Assembly (NCBI GenBank): GCA_040901965.1
Contig: JBBDYB010000009.1
Location: 22,834 to 86,833 of the forward strand
Source of the DNA: Gemmatimonadales bacterium
Lineage (GTDB): Bacteria > Gemmatimonadota > Gemmatimonadetes > Gemmatimonadales > GWC2-71-9
Length of the DNA: 64,000 nt
Reading direction: 5' to 3'
In this document: one piece after another, positions 45,411 to 54,212 of the stretch
How positions within the stretch are numbered: the stretch's first letter is position 1
Layout of the letters: the number at the start of each line of letters is the position of its first letter
Made by a program: the position numbers and the translations under genes
The notes under the pieces: generated by a model
The model's database searches: none
Seen by the model: only the letters and a program-made list of their open reading frames with translations
What the model was told of the DNA's origin: nothing

Positions 45411-45546
45411 GGCGATTTGGCCTCCGTTCTTCCATGGAGGCTCTCAAGTTTCGGGCCGCCGGGCGCACGGCCTTGGCGCCGCACAGCTAACCCGCGGGTG
45501 AGGCGCGCGTGCGCGATCACGGCTGCCTTGCTGTGGGTGGGCTGCA

Positions 45547-47973
45547 TCATGGCGTGCTCGGGCGCGCGGGGACGCGTTGCCGCGTGACGGCGACACCGGC
45601 GCCGTCAATCTCGACCTCGACTTCCGTCCCCTCTCCGAGCCCTTCCTCATCAGTCCCGTACCCGGCCAGGTAGTAGTAGCCGTACATGCCGCCGGGCTGC
45701 ACGTCGTTCAGCACGACGCCCAGCAGACGGATGGGCAGGCGGCTGAGCATCGTGAGGTGAGTGCGCGCGATGTCGAGGTTGGTGGCCCCGGTGCGCAACA
45801 CCAGCACCATGGCGCCCGTGAGTGTGCCGAGGGTGCAGGCGTCTACGCCGGCGCCGAGCGGCGGGCTGTCCACGATGATCGCGTCGTAGCTCGCGCGCAC
45901 GCGCACCAGCAGCTCCACCATTGCCGCCGAGCCGAGCAGCTCCGGCGACTCGCGCAGCCGGCTGCCGGCCCCGATGAAGTGGAGTGCGGGATAAGTGGTG
46001 GCCTGGAGAATAGACTCGAACGGCGTCCGGCCCGCGAGGAAATCGGTGAGGCCCGGCTTGCGGCCGACGCGGAGCACCCGGTTCAGCGTGCCGCGGCGCG
46101 CGTCCCCGTCAACGAGCAGCGTGCGCTGGCCGGCCTGCGCGCAGGCGAGCGCGAGATTGGTCGAGACGAACGATTTGCCGTCGCCGATGCCCGGGCTCGT
46201 GATCGTCGCGACCAGCGGTCCCGCCGCGCCGTACGCATGCACCACGTTCAGCCGGATCGAGCGCATCGCGTCGATCATCATGGCGACCTGCTCGTTCCGC
46301 GGGCCGGCGTCGCGGTTCTTGACGTGCGGCAGCGCGCCGAGGATCGGGAGGCCCAACTCGTGCGTCACCTGGTCGAGGTTGCGTACGCGCGGGTCGAAAT
46401 GGTCGGCCACGAGGGCGCCCACGAGGCCGAGCCCCAGCCCGACGATGAAGCCGAGCACGATGAGCCGCCGCCCGGCGTCCCCGAGCGGCGACTGCGGCGG
46501 GACCGCGAGGTCCAGGATGCGCACGTCCGCCGTGCTGCTCGCTTCCGCGAGCCGCGCTTCGTTGTAGCGCTGCTGCACGCCCGTATAGAGCGTCGCGGCG
46601 ATTTCGACGTCGCGCCGCAGCCGCGCGTCCTCCACGGCGCGCTGCGGCACCGCTTGCAGCTCCCGTCCACCGGAGGCGATCTGCGGCGCCAGCACCTGCT
46701 GCCGCGCCGTGAGCTGGGTGAGCACGGCCCGCGCCAAAACGGGAATCGCGCGCTGCTCGAGCTGCTCGGTCTCGCCCAGCGCCCGCTGCACCGCCGGATG
46801 GTCGTTCGTATACCGCGCCTGCAAGGCGCGCAGCTCAGCCCGCTTGGTGGTGAGCTCCTTCAGCGCCTGGGACAGGTCGGGCGAGCGCTGCACCGCGCCG
46901 ATCAACGCGAGCTCCTCGGCCGCACCCCCGCCGGCGGGTTGCGCTAGCGCGTGCGCGATGGCGTCGGCGTCCCGCCGCAGCTGATCGGTCTCGACCTTGA
47001 GGCCGTAGTAGTCGGCGCGCGGCAGCGTGCCACCCGTCGCCGACGGCGTCCCGCCGCCGCTGCCCAGGTCGGGTGACAGCGTGATCGTCCGGGACCCGAA
47101 CGTCGCCAGCGCACCCTCCGCCTTGCGGAGGTTCGCCTCCGCCGTCTCGAGCTGCTCGCCCAGCAGTCGCGACAGCTCGGTGGACTTCGCGCGCTTCAGC
47201 TCCGTGGCCACATCCACGTAGCGCCGCACGACGGCGTTGACCGTCGCCGCCGCGGCCGTGGGATTGGCACTCGTCATCGTCACGGTCAGGAAGTTGCCGC
47301 TCTGATCGATGGACACGTTGAGCCCGTCGGCGAGACCCTTGGCGGCGTCTCGCAGCGGCCGGACCGTGAAGGCGAGGTCGCTGCCCGGCGGCAGCGCCTC
47401 CGCCGAAGTCGCCCAGCGGAAGCCGAGCGCCCGCCCGATCGAGTCGCCAAGGGTACCGTGCTCGAGCTCCGGGCCTTTGTCGGCCTCGAGGGTGTATGCC
47501 CCCGCCCGGTCCACGCGCAATCGATAGCTCCCCGGCCGGAACTCATCCGCCACCGTGAAGCCCTCCAAGGCGCCGTTGTTCTTGGGCTCGGTGACCAGGT
47601 AACGGCGCCGCTCGCGGACCACGGCGTCGAGCACCACGTAGGACTTCAGGAGGTCCACCGAGGCGGAGGCGGGGAGCAGCTGATCGCCGCCGATGGGCCC
47701 GCGATTGGTGGCCCGCGCCTCGGGGTTTTGAATCCAGAGGGTCGCCTGGACCTGGTAGCGGGGGGGCAGGAAGCGGCTCGCCATCACGCCGCCGAAAGTG
47801 CCCAAGACCACGAGGCCCAGAATCAGCCAGCGGTAGCGGCGCACCGCCCAGAGATAGCGCCTCCAGTCGAGCGCCTCGTCGGCCTGGCGCCCGAACGGAT
47901 CGAGGCCAACGGAGGGTGCGGGGGGCGCGGGGGGCGCGGGGGGGAAATCGGGGCGACGCACGAGGTCTGGCAC
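45547..47973 (-). CDS. wzc: polysaccharide co-polymerase / tyrosine autokinase (Wzc/GumC-like)
   Basis: Wzz domain with two TM segments, Walker A SPGIGDGKS, LLVDGDARR, and a C-terminal Tyr cluster YGYYYLAGY. Start set at GTG 47973 because GC3 is low upstream. The track ORF extends to 48252. Confidence 0.85.
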   Translation of the reverse strand: MPDLVRRPDFPPAPPAPPAPSVGLDPFGRQADEALDWRRYLWAVRRYRWLILGLVVLGTFGGVMASRFLPPRYQVQATLWIQNPEARATNRGPIGGDQLLPASASVDLLKSYVVLDAVVRERRRYLVTEPKNNGALEGFTVADEFRPGSYRLRVDRAGAYTLEADKGPELEHGTLGDSIGRALGFRWATSAEALPPGSDLAFTVRPLRDAAKGLADGLNVSIDQSGNFLTVTMTSANPTAAAATVNAVVRRYVDVATELKRAKSTELSRLLGEQLETAEANLRKAEGALATFGSRTITLSPDLGSGGGTPSATGGTLPRADYYGLKVETDQLRRDADAIAHALAQPAGGGAAEELALIGAVQRSPDLSQALKELTTKRAELRALQARYTNDHPAVQRALGETEQLEQRAIPVLARAVLTQLTARQQVLAPQIASGGRELQAVPQRAVEDARLRRDVEIAATLYTGVQQRYNEARLAEASSTADVRILDLAVPPQSPLGDAGRRLIVLGFIVGLGLGLVGALVADHFDPRVRNLDQVTHELGLPILGALPHVKNRDAGPRNEQVAMMIDAMRSIRLNVVHAYGAAGPLVATITSPGIGDGKSFVSTNLALACAQAGQRTLLVDGDARRGTLNRVLRVGRKPGLTDFLAGRTPFESILQATTYPALHFIGAGSRLRESPELLGSAAMVELLVRVRASYDAIIVDSPPLGAGVDACTLGTLTGAMVLVLRTGATNLDIARTHLTMLSRLPIRLLGVVLNDVQPGGMYGYYYLAGYGTDEEGLGEGTEVEVEIDGAGVAVTRQRVPARPSTP

Positions 47974-48162
47974 GGTGCTTCGTACCGCAAGGGTAGTACC
48001 GCGCGCAGAGCAGGCGGCCCGCGGGGGCGACTGTGGCACTTCTGCAACAGTCGGGTGTTCTATACCACCGGCTTGTCGCGTGGCCGCAACGGGCTCCGGG
48101 CCGTCCCTCGAAAGTGCTTGTGAAATCAGCACAAGCGAGGCTCCCGGACGGCGCGCGACCCG

Positions 48163-48177
48163 GCCCGATCCGTGCCA
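48163..48177 (-). promoter_or_regulatory. candidate sigma54 promoter TGGCACG-N4-GGGC upstream of wzc
   Basis: The minus strand reads TGGCACGGATCGGGC. The -24 element is perfect and the -12 element has GC but not TT. It lies about 190 nt upstream of the chosen wzc start. Confidence 0.35.
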
Positions 48178-48255
48178 CGGGAAGCGATGCAGCCTTTCCG
48201 ACGATCGGTGCAGGTAGACGCCCGGAACCGGGCACAGAAGCACTAAGGACAACCC

Positions 48256-49818
48256 ATGGCGGCTTCACCGTCCCCCTCCTCGTCCCCCTCCCCGGACGCT
48301 TCTCCGCAGCGCACGCCGGGCCGGAGCGCGCGCGGATCCGACGTCACCGGCCTGTCGCACCTCACCCCGGAGCTCAAAGAAAGCATCCGGGTGCTCATCG
48401 TCGATGACGAGCGCACCCTCCGGGAGAGCTGTGCCAGCGTGCTGCGCTACGAGGGGTACCAGGTGAGCGTGTTGACCCGCGGCGACGAGGCCCGGGACAC
48501 GCTCAAGCGCACCAAGTTCGACATCGTCCTCCTCGACCTCTACATGTCCGAGGTCCCCGGGATGAAGCTGCTCCGCACCTGTCTCGAGGCGCATCGCGAC
48601 ACGATCGTCATCATGATCACCGGGAACCCGAGCGTGGATACGAGCCTCGAGGCGTTGCGCTCCGGCGCGTGGGATTACCTGCCCAAGCCGTTCTCGGGAA
48701 CGCACCTCCAGATCCTCATCGGCCGCGCCGCCCACGCGATCAGCGTGGCGCGCGAATCGAGCGCGCTCCAGGCGGCGTTCACGCGCGAGCATGGCAATAG
48801 CGAGTTGGTCACCGTCCTCGGCTCGGCGCCCGGGTTCCGCCGCGCCATGGATCTCGCCCGCCGGGTGGCGCCCACGGACGCCTCGGTGTTCATCACCGGG
48901 GAGAGCGGCTGCGGCAAGGAGCTGATCGCGCAGTTCATCCACCACCACAGCCGGCGCAGCAGCCGGCCGCTCGTCGCCGTCAACTGCGCCGCGCTGCCCG
49001 AGGCGCTGCTCGAGTCGGAGATGTTCGGGCACTGCAAGGGCGCGTTCACCGGCGCCGTGCGCGACAAGCCGGGCCTCCTGGAATCCGCCAACGGCGGCAC
49101 CCTGCTCCTGGACGAGCTGGTCGAGATGTCGAAGCCGATCCAGGCGAAGCTGCTGCGCGTGATTCAGGACGGCGTAGTGCGCCGGGTGGGCAGTGAGACG
49201 ACCGATGCCGTCGTGAATGTCCGCTTCGTCGCCTGCACGAACCGCGATCCGGAGGACGCCGTCGCGGGAGGCACGCTGCGTGAGGATCTGTATTACCGCC
49301 TCCGCGTCGTGCCGATTCACGTGCCGCCGCTGCGCGAGCGCCCCTCCGATATCCGGCTGCTCGCCGACTTCTTCCTGTCCACCTACTGGACGCGCCACCG
49401 CGGCGCCGCGACGGCGCTGCCCACGTTCTCGGAGGCGGCCGTCCGGGCGCTGCGCGCGCGCCCCTGGAAGGGGAACGTGCGGGAGCTACAAAACGTCATC
49501 GAGCACATGGTGGTGATGCTCGAGCCGGGGTGCGAGATCATGCCCGAGCACATCCCCGCCCTGGGTGATCGGCCAGCCGAGGTAGCGGCCGGCTGGACAC
49601 CGCACGACGTCTCGACCGAAGAGCCATACTACGCGGCGCGCGACCGGCTCGTGGCCGAGTTCGAGCTGCACTACCTCACCAAGCTGCTCACGCAGGCGGG
49701 CGGCAACATGTCGCGCGCCGCCCGTGCGGCCGGCGTGGATCGCACCACGCTGTACCGGCTGCTGGAGCGGCACGGACTCGACCGCAAGGTGTTGACGGGC
49801 ACGCCGTCGCAAAGCTGA
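48256..49818 (+). CDS. sigma54-dependent response regulator (NtrC family bEBP)
   Basis: REC (VLIVDDE...DIVLLDLYMS), AAA+ domain (GESGCGKE, GAFTGA, ESEMFGH) and a C-terminal Fis-type HTH. AAGGA SD 6 nt before the ATG. Confidence 0.9.
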   Translation: MAASPSPSSSPSPDASPQRTPGRSARGSDVTGLSHLTPELKESIRVLIVDDERTLRESCASVLRYEGYQVSVLTRGDEARDTLKRTKFDIVLLDLYMSEVPGMKLLRTCLEAHRDTIVIMITGNPSVDTSLEALRSGAWDYLPKPFSGTHLQILIGRAAHAISVARESSALQAAFTREHGNSELVTVLGSAPGFRRAMDLARRVAPTDASVFITGESGCGKELIAQFIHHHSRRSSRPLVAVNCAALPEALLESEMFGHCKGAFTGAVRDKPGLLESANGGTLLLDELVEMSKPIQAKLLRVIQDGVVRRVGSETTDAVVNVRFVACTNRDPEDAVAGGTLREDLYYRLRVVPIHVPPLRERPSDIRLLADFFLSTYWTRHRGAATALPTFSEAAVRALRARPWKGNVRELQNVIEHMVVMLEPGCEIMPEHIPALGDRPAEVAAGWTPHDVSTEEPYYAARDRLVAEFELHYLTKLLTQAGGNMSRAARAAGVDRTTLYRLLERHGLDRKVLTGTPSQS

Positions 49819-49918
49819 TCGGTGGGGGTGGGGGGGGCTGTCGCATACCCCCCACACCAACTCTGTCGCCTCACCGCAACAAACCACACACGAGCGGCGT
49901 TCGGCAAGCACAAATCCG

Positions 49919-49934
49919 GGGCACGGCATCTGCA
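49919..49934 (+). promoter_or_regulatory. sigma54 (-24/-12) promoter GGGCACGGCATCTGCA
   Basis: Matches TGGCACG-N4-TTGCA at 10 of 12 specified positions with correct GG-to-GC spacing. It lies 37 nt upstream of the ATG at 49971. Confidence 0.6.
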
Positions 49935-49970
49935 TTGCTGAGCGGCAACCATAGCCGCCGAGCTGCGAGG

Positions 49971-50702
49971 ATGACCGCTGTCCCCTTTGCCACTCCGATG
50001 CCGCGTCAGGAACCGCGCCGCGTGCGCCGCATGACGCGCGCCTTCAGCTTTCCGTCGCCGACGGAAGCGCTGCGCCGGGCGCTGAGCTTTGCGGTCGCGG
50101 CGGTGGGACTCGTCGTCACCGCGCCGGCGATCGCCGCCATTGCGGTGGCAATCAAGCTGACGTCGCCGGGACCGGTGTTCTATACGCAGACGCGCGTAGG
50201 CATTAATCGTCGCCGGCGGTTGCCCACCGGCACTCCCTACCGCACCACCGACTGCGGTGGCAAGCCCTTCACGATCTTCAAATTCCGCACGATGATTCCC
50301 AACGGCCACGGGCCGAACGATCCCGGCGAAGTCTGGGCCACGCCGAACGACCCGCGCGTGACGCGGCTGGGCCGGATCCTGCGGCTCTACCGGCTCGACG
50401 AGCTGCCGCAGCTCTTCAACGTGCTGCTCGGCGACATGGACGTCGTGGGCCCGCGGCCCGAGCAGCCCACCATCTTCTCGCGCCTGCGGCAGGAAATCGA
50501 GCAGTATCAGGAGCGGCAGCGCGTCCGGCCGGGGATCACAGGCTGGGCGCAGATCAACCAGCAGTACGACCGCTCGATCGAGGATGTGCGCCGCAAGCTG
50601 CAGTTCGATCTGGAGTACATCCACCGGAAGTCGGTGACCGAAGACCTCCGCATCATGCTGCGGACGCTGCCGGTCGTGGTGGGGAAACAGGGGGCCTGGT
50701 AG
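49971..50702 (+). CDS. initiating sugar phosphotransferase (bacterial sugar transferase/WbaP-WcaJ C-terminal type)
   Basis: IKLTSPGPVFYTQTRVG...KPFTIFKFRTM...DELPQLFNVLLGDMDVVGPRPE. Start uncertain (ATG 49971, 49998 or 50031). The track TTG at 49935 lies inside the promoter. Confidence 0.85.
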   Translation: MTAVPFATPMPRQEPRRVRRMTRAFSFPSPTEALRRALSFAVAAVGLVVTAPAIAAIAVAIKLTSPGPVFYTQTRVGINRRRRLPTGTPYRTTDCGGKPFTIFKFRTMIPNGHGPNDPGEVWATPNDPRVTRLGRILRLYRLDELPQLFNVLLGDMDVVGPRPEQPTIFSRLRQEIEQYQERQRVRPGITGWAQINQQYDRSIEDVRRKLQFDLEYIHRKSVTEDLRIMLRTLPVVVGKQGAW

Positions 50703-50705
50703 AGC

Positions 50706-50740
50706 GGGATGGAGGGATGGGGGATGGGGGATGGGGGATG
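50706..50740 (+). repeat. G-rich heptad repeat (GGGGGAT)n, G-quadruplex-capable
   Basis: GGGATGGAGGGATGGGGGATGGGGGATGGGGGATG has five G-tracts of 3 or more. It sits between convergent genes. Confidence 0.6.
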
Positions 50741-50789
50741 CGTAACGACGGATCGGGATGCGAAGGCGTCAGTCGCAGCAGACCGGTGG

Positions 50790-51692
50790 TCACGGTCCAG
50801 CAGGGCGCCTGGTAGAGCGAATCAGATGCTGCAGCGCGGCGCGCAGTTCGCGCGCCAGCCGGCCGCGATTCCACACCACCGAGCGAAGCAGAAACACCCC
50901 GAGCCGGAGCTTCTCGCCCGACCCGATCGGCGCGCGTTGGACGGCGCGCATTAAGCCCCACAGGTGCCGCCATTCGCGCGACTCGGTACCGTGCGTCCAC
51001 TGCGGGCGATAGAGCGCGCGGCGCCCCGCCGGCGTCGCGGCACTCGCGGCGGCGGAGTGCATGCGCCGAAAGAACAGCACCTCGGGGATCTCCCAGAACG
51101 TCCCGTACAGCACCAGCTCGGCCTGGAAGACCTCATCCGACCCGCTGTAGTCGCCGAACAGACCGGTCCGGCGCAGCACCGCGGTGCGCGTCAAGCCGTA
51201 GAACGCGTTGCACAGTCCCACGCGCGCGAGCAGCGCGCGAAACCGCTCGCTGGGACTCTCCGACTGCACGTGGAGGCGGTCGTCGTAGTCCCCCAGCGAC
51301 TCGCCGAACGCGTCGATCAACCGCGTCCTGGGGTAGGTGAGCACGACCTCGGGCCGGCGGTCCAGCACCTCCACGCAACGCTCGAGCGAGCGGGGCGCCG
51401 CGAGGTCGTCGGCCGCGAACCAGCGGCAGTACTCCCCGCCGGCGAGCGGCACCACGCGGTTGAAGTTGCCGGCGATGCCGACGTTGCGCGGGCTCGGCAG
51501 GTAGCGCACCCGCCGGTCGCGCGCCGCGAACCCGCGCGCGATGGCCCCGGTGCCGTCAGTGGAGGCGTTGTCGCAGATCAGCAGCTCGAAGTCGGTGAAG
51601 GTTTGCGCGAGCAGGGACTCGAGCGTCTCGGCGAGATAGCGCTCGTTGTTGTGGACGGGCACGCCGATCGTGACGCGCGGCCGGGTCGGCAT
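50790..51692 (-). CDS. glycosyltransferase family 2
   Basis: VTIGVPVHNNERYLAETLESLLAQTFTDFELLICDNASTDGT. Confidence 0.9.
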   Translation of the reverse strand: MPTRPRVTIGVPVHNNERYLAETLESLLAQTFTDFELLICDNASTDGTGAIARGFAARDRRVRYLPSPRNVGIAGNFNRVVPLAGGEYCRWFAADDLAAPRSLERCVEVLDRRPEVVLTYPRTRLIDAFGESLGDYDDRLHVQSESPSERFRALLARVGLCNAFYGLTRTAVLRRTGLFGDYSGSDEVFQAELVLYGTFWEIPEVLFFRRMHSAAASAATPAGRRALYRPQWTHGTESREWRHLWGLMRAVQRAPIGSGEKLRLGVFLLRSVVWNRGRLARELRAALQHLIRSTRRPAGP

Positions 51693-51699
51693 CGACGCC

Positions 51700-53232
51700 C
51701 TAGGCCGAATCGCGCGCCGCGGCCGGCACGCGGCCGAGCAGGCGGTTCAGCGGGACCGTCAGGAGGGCACGCTCCGAACGCTCCAGACCGACGACCCAGG
51801 CGCCGGCGGCCGCCAGCGGGAGGAGGAGGGCGACCTGCACGAAGAAGACGATCAGGTTGGACGCCGGCCAGGCGATGTCCACGAGGAGACTCGTGAGCGC
51901 GAAGGGGATCATGCTCGCGAAGGGCCGCGCCCACGCATGGACCGCGAACGCACGCACCGGTACCTGCAGCAGGCGGCGCGCGATCCAGGGGCCGACGGCC
52001 AACGACAGCACCAACCGGGGGATGGTGGTGCCCCAGGCGACGCCGATCACGCCAAAGGTGAGCCCGAGCACGATACTGAGCGCGATGTTGCTCGCCGCCT
52101 CGCCGAGGTACGCCGGGACCAGCGTCCGGTGGAGGTTCAGGCCGATCAACGTCGGCGTGAGCATGTGCCAGCTCGCAAAGCAGCATAAACCGAGCGCGAG
52201 CACCTGCAGGATCGCCCCCGCCGGCGCCGCATAGGCCGGCCCCATCCACAGCCCGATGAACGTGGGGCCGCGCACGAGCAGCGTGATCACGATCGGCAGG
52301 ACGGCGAGCGCCCCGAGCCGCATGGTGCGGGTCAGCAGGTCCGCGGTCGCGAGCGTGCCGTGCCGCGCCTGGCGCGCGCTGACCAGTGGGTAGAGCGCCT
52401 GGGTGACGCCGCCGAGCACCCGGAACACCGCCTGCGCGAGGTTGCCGGCGATCACGAAAAAGGTCACCAGCGCCACGGGCATGATGCTCGCGATCACGAC
52501 GGCGTCGGAGGAATAGATGACGGCGCCGGAGACGTGCAGGACCATCGTGTAGGCGCTGAACCGGAAGATCTCGCGCAGCGTCGCGCGGTCGAACAGGCGC
52601 CGCGCGGTCTTGAACGCCGGCTCGAGCTGCCACACCGCCAGACGATACCAACCCGCGCGCAGGCTCACGACGCCGAGCTGGATCGCCGCCAGATGCGTGA
52701 GGTCGCCGTCCGACTTGAGGGCGACGTACACGGCGGCGGCGCGCAGCAATTCCATGCCCAGGTCGATGGCGTTGAGGATCGTGAGCCGCTGCAGCCCCGC
52801 GATGGCGCCGCCGTACACGCCGCTGATCAGCGCCACGCCGACCGTCACGCCGCCCAGGGCGAGCGCCACCGCCGCCTCGCGGGCGTGCTCCGGCGGGATG
52901 TGCAGCAGGCCCGGCAGCGTCAGCGCCAGCACCACGCCGAGCAGGCTCGCGGCGAGCGCGCCGGCGAGGAACAGCGCCAGCGCCGTGCTGAGCACGCGGT
53001 TGACCGCCGCTCGATCGCCCGTCGCCTCGTGGCAGGCGACGAAGCGGGTCACGGCGACCCGAATCCCGAGGTCGAGCAGACCCAGATAGCCGACGACCGC
53101 CGCGATCAGCCCCCAGACGCCGAACCGCGCGTCGCCCAGATGGCGGACCACGAAGGGCGACAGCACGAACGTGATCGCGGTCCCGAGCAGGAACCCCGCC
53201 CAGTTGGCGAGGACGTTGCGCAGCGGCCTCAT
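51700..53232 (-). CDS. oligosaccharide flippase family protein
   Basis: The internal ATG at 53232 (ATGA overlap) gives MRPLRNVLANWAGFLLGTAITFVLSPFVVRHLG.... Polytopic. Confidence 0.8.
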   Translation of the reverse strand: MRPLRNVLANWAGFLLGTAITFVLSPFVVRHLGDARFGVWGLIAAVVGYLGLLDLGIRVAVTRFVACHEATGDRAAVNRVLSTALALFLAGALAASLLGVVLALTLPGLLHIPPEHAREAAVALALGGVTVGVALISGVYGGAIAGLQRLTILNAIDLGMELLRAAAVYVALKSDGDLTHLAAIQLGVVSLRAGWYRLAVWQLEPAFKTARRLFDRATLREIFRFSAYTMVLHVSGAVIYSSDAVVIASIMPVALVTFFVIAGNLAQAVFRVLGGVTQALYPLVSARQARHGTLATADLLTRTMRLGALAVLPIVITLLVRGPTFIGLWMGPAYAAPAGAILQVLALGLCCFASWHMLTPTLIGLNLHRTLVPAYLGEAASNIALSIVLGLTFGVIGVAWGTTIPRLVLSLAVGPWIARRLLQVPVRAFAVHAWARPFASMIPFALTSLLVDIAWPASNLIVFFVQVALLLPLAAAGAWVVGLERSERALLTVPLNRLLGRVPAAARDSA

Positions 53233-54212
53233 GAGGACACGCGCCGCAGCCAGATTTCGCGCCAGTAGGCGTTGGTCGCGCGCGGGCAGTGGCCGTGATA
53301 GCGCCCGGTGCACACGACGCCGCTCAGCAGGATGCAGTCGCCGGGCAGCATCAGCATCCGGCCCGACCGTTCGTCGATGATGCGGCGGATGCGGCGCTCC
53401 ACCGTGAACGTGCGCCCGCAGAAGGGCGTCAGCTCGAGGTCGAAGTAGAGGCCGCGGTTCTTCTGGAGCCGGTCGAGCGTCGCCGTGATCTCTTCGACGC
53501 GCTTCACCTGCACCAGCTCCCCCGGCTGGAGATCGAGCTGTGCTTTGGGAGTGACGCTGCGCTCGCCGCTCAGCACCCGGAGCGGCGTGCCGCCGCGCCG
53601 CCGTTGGATGGTATTGAACAGCCAGACCTGCAGCCGGTAGCCGCGCAGGTGGGTCGTCATCCAGGTGAACAGCGACCAGGCGAGCGACTTGCACAGCGCC
53701 CACGCGCCGACGTTGCCGGAGCGGACGTCGCGCACATAGGAGCGGACGTCCCAGCGGCTGAGGGGGACGGTCGCGGCCACCATCTCCGTCGCCTGGCAGC
53801 GGAAGAGCGTCTCGTCACCGTTCTGCGTTGGGCGCCGCGTCAGTTCAACGAGGCGCGCCTCCGTGCACCCACCTGTCGCCCGTCCCCCGTCCCCCGTCCC
53901 GTTCTTGACGGCCTTGAGCCACGCCGTCTTCCAGAACAGCTCGCACCCCGCCTCGCACCCGTCGTGCGCCGCGCCCGAGCAGCGAGTTCCCGCGAGATGC
54001 ACGGCGGCGTGCATCCGGCGCAGCGGGCCGTTCTGGATCGTGTCGCAGGTCTTGTGAGCCGACTTGCGGACCGTGACGCGCTGCCCGCAGAAGGCCAGCA
54101 TCTCGGGCATGAACGGCAGCCCGTCGAGACAGCCGTTGGCGTCGAGGGTGGCGAGGATCTCCGAGCGGCTGCGCACCTCGACGATGTCGCCGACCCGCGG
54201 CGCCTGCGTCAC
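53229..54212 (-). CDS. uncharacterised Cys-rich protein with a tandemly duplicated ~100-aa domain
   Basis: The N- and C-terminal thirds align: GDIVEVRSRSEILATLD...FCGQRVTV...LAGTRCSG...WKTAWLKAV versus GELVQVKRVEEITATLD...FCGRTFTV...LSGVVCTG...WREIWLRRV. No family was recognised. Confidence 0.6.
   Translation of the reverse strand: MTQAPRVGDIVEVRSRSEILATLDANGCLDGLPFMPEMLAFCGQRVTVRKSAHKTCDTIQNGPLRRMHAAVHLAGTRCSGAAHDGCEAGCELFWKTAWLKAVKNGTGDGGRATGGCTEARLVELTRRPTQNGDETLFRCQATEMVAATVPLSRWDVRSYVRDVRSGNVGAWALCKSLAWSLFTWMTTHLRGYRLQVWLFNTIQRRRGGTPLRVLSGERSVTPKAQLDLQPGELVQVKRVEEITATLDRLQKNRGLYFDLELTPFCGRTFTVERRIRRIIDERSGRMLMLPGDCILLSGVVCTGRYHGHCPRATNAYWREIWLRRVSS

Noticed and set aside
45411-45546. 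Possible glmS ribozyme upstream of glmS. GCGGCGCCAAGGCCGUGCGCC superficially resembles the GCGCCAGAACUGGCAGGCGCC core.
   Set aside because: The other conserved elements I recall for the ribozyme (GACGAGG, CGGCGGAUGCC, the downstream pseudoknot region) are absent. The segment also lies upstream of the small ORF rather than directly before glmS.
47960-48050. Two further TGGCAC strings (47967-47972 and 48034-48039, plus strand) considered as sigma54 promoters.
   Set aside because: The first has TTCG instead of TTGC at -12 and lies on the wrong strand inside the wzc 5' region. The second has only 8 nt between the GG and GC elements.
47974-48252. N-terminal 93 codons of track ORF 45547-48252 (wzc), including a GTG at 48132 with a GGGAG SD-like sequence.
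   Set aside because: GC3 over these codons is about 50%, versus more than 85% downstream, and there is no similarity to Wzc N-termini. The region is treated as 5' UTR, with low confidence.
49935-49970. Track start (TTG 49935) for the sugar transferase.
   Set aside because: It lies within or immediately after the -12 element of the predicted sigma54 promoter, upstream of the expected TSS.
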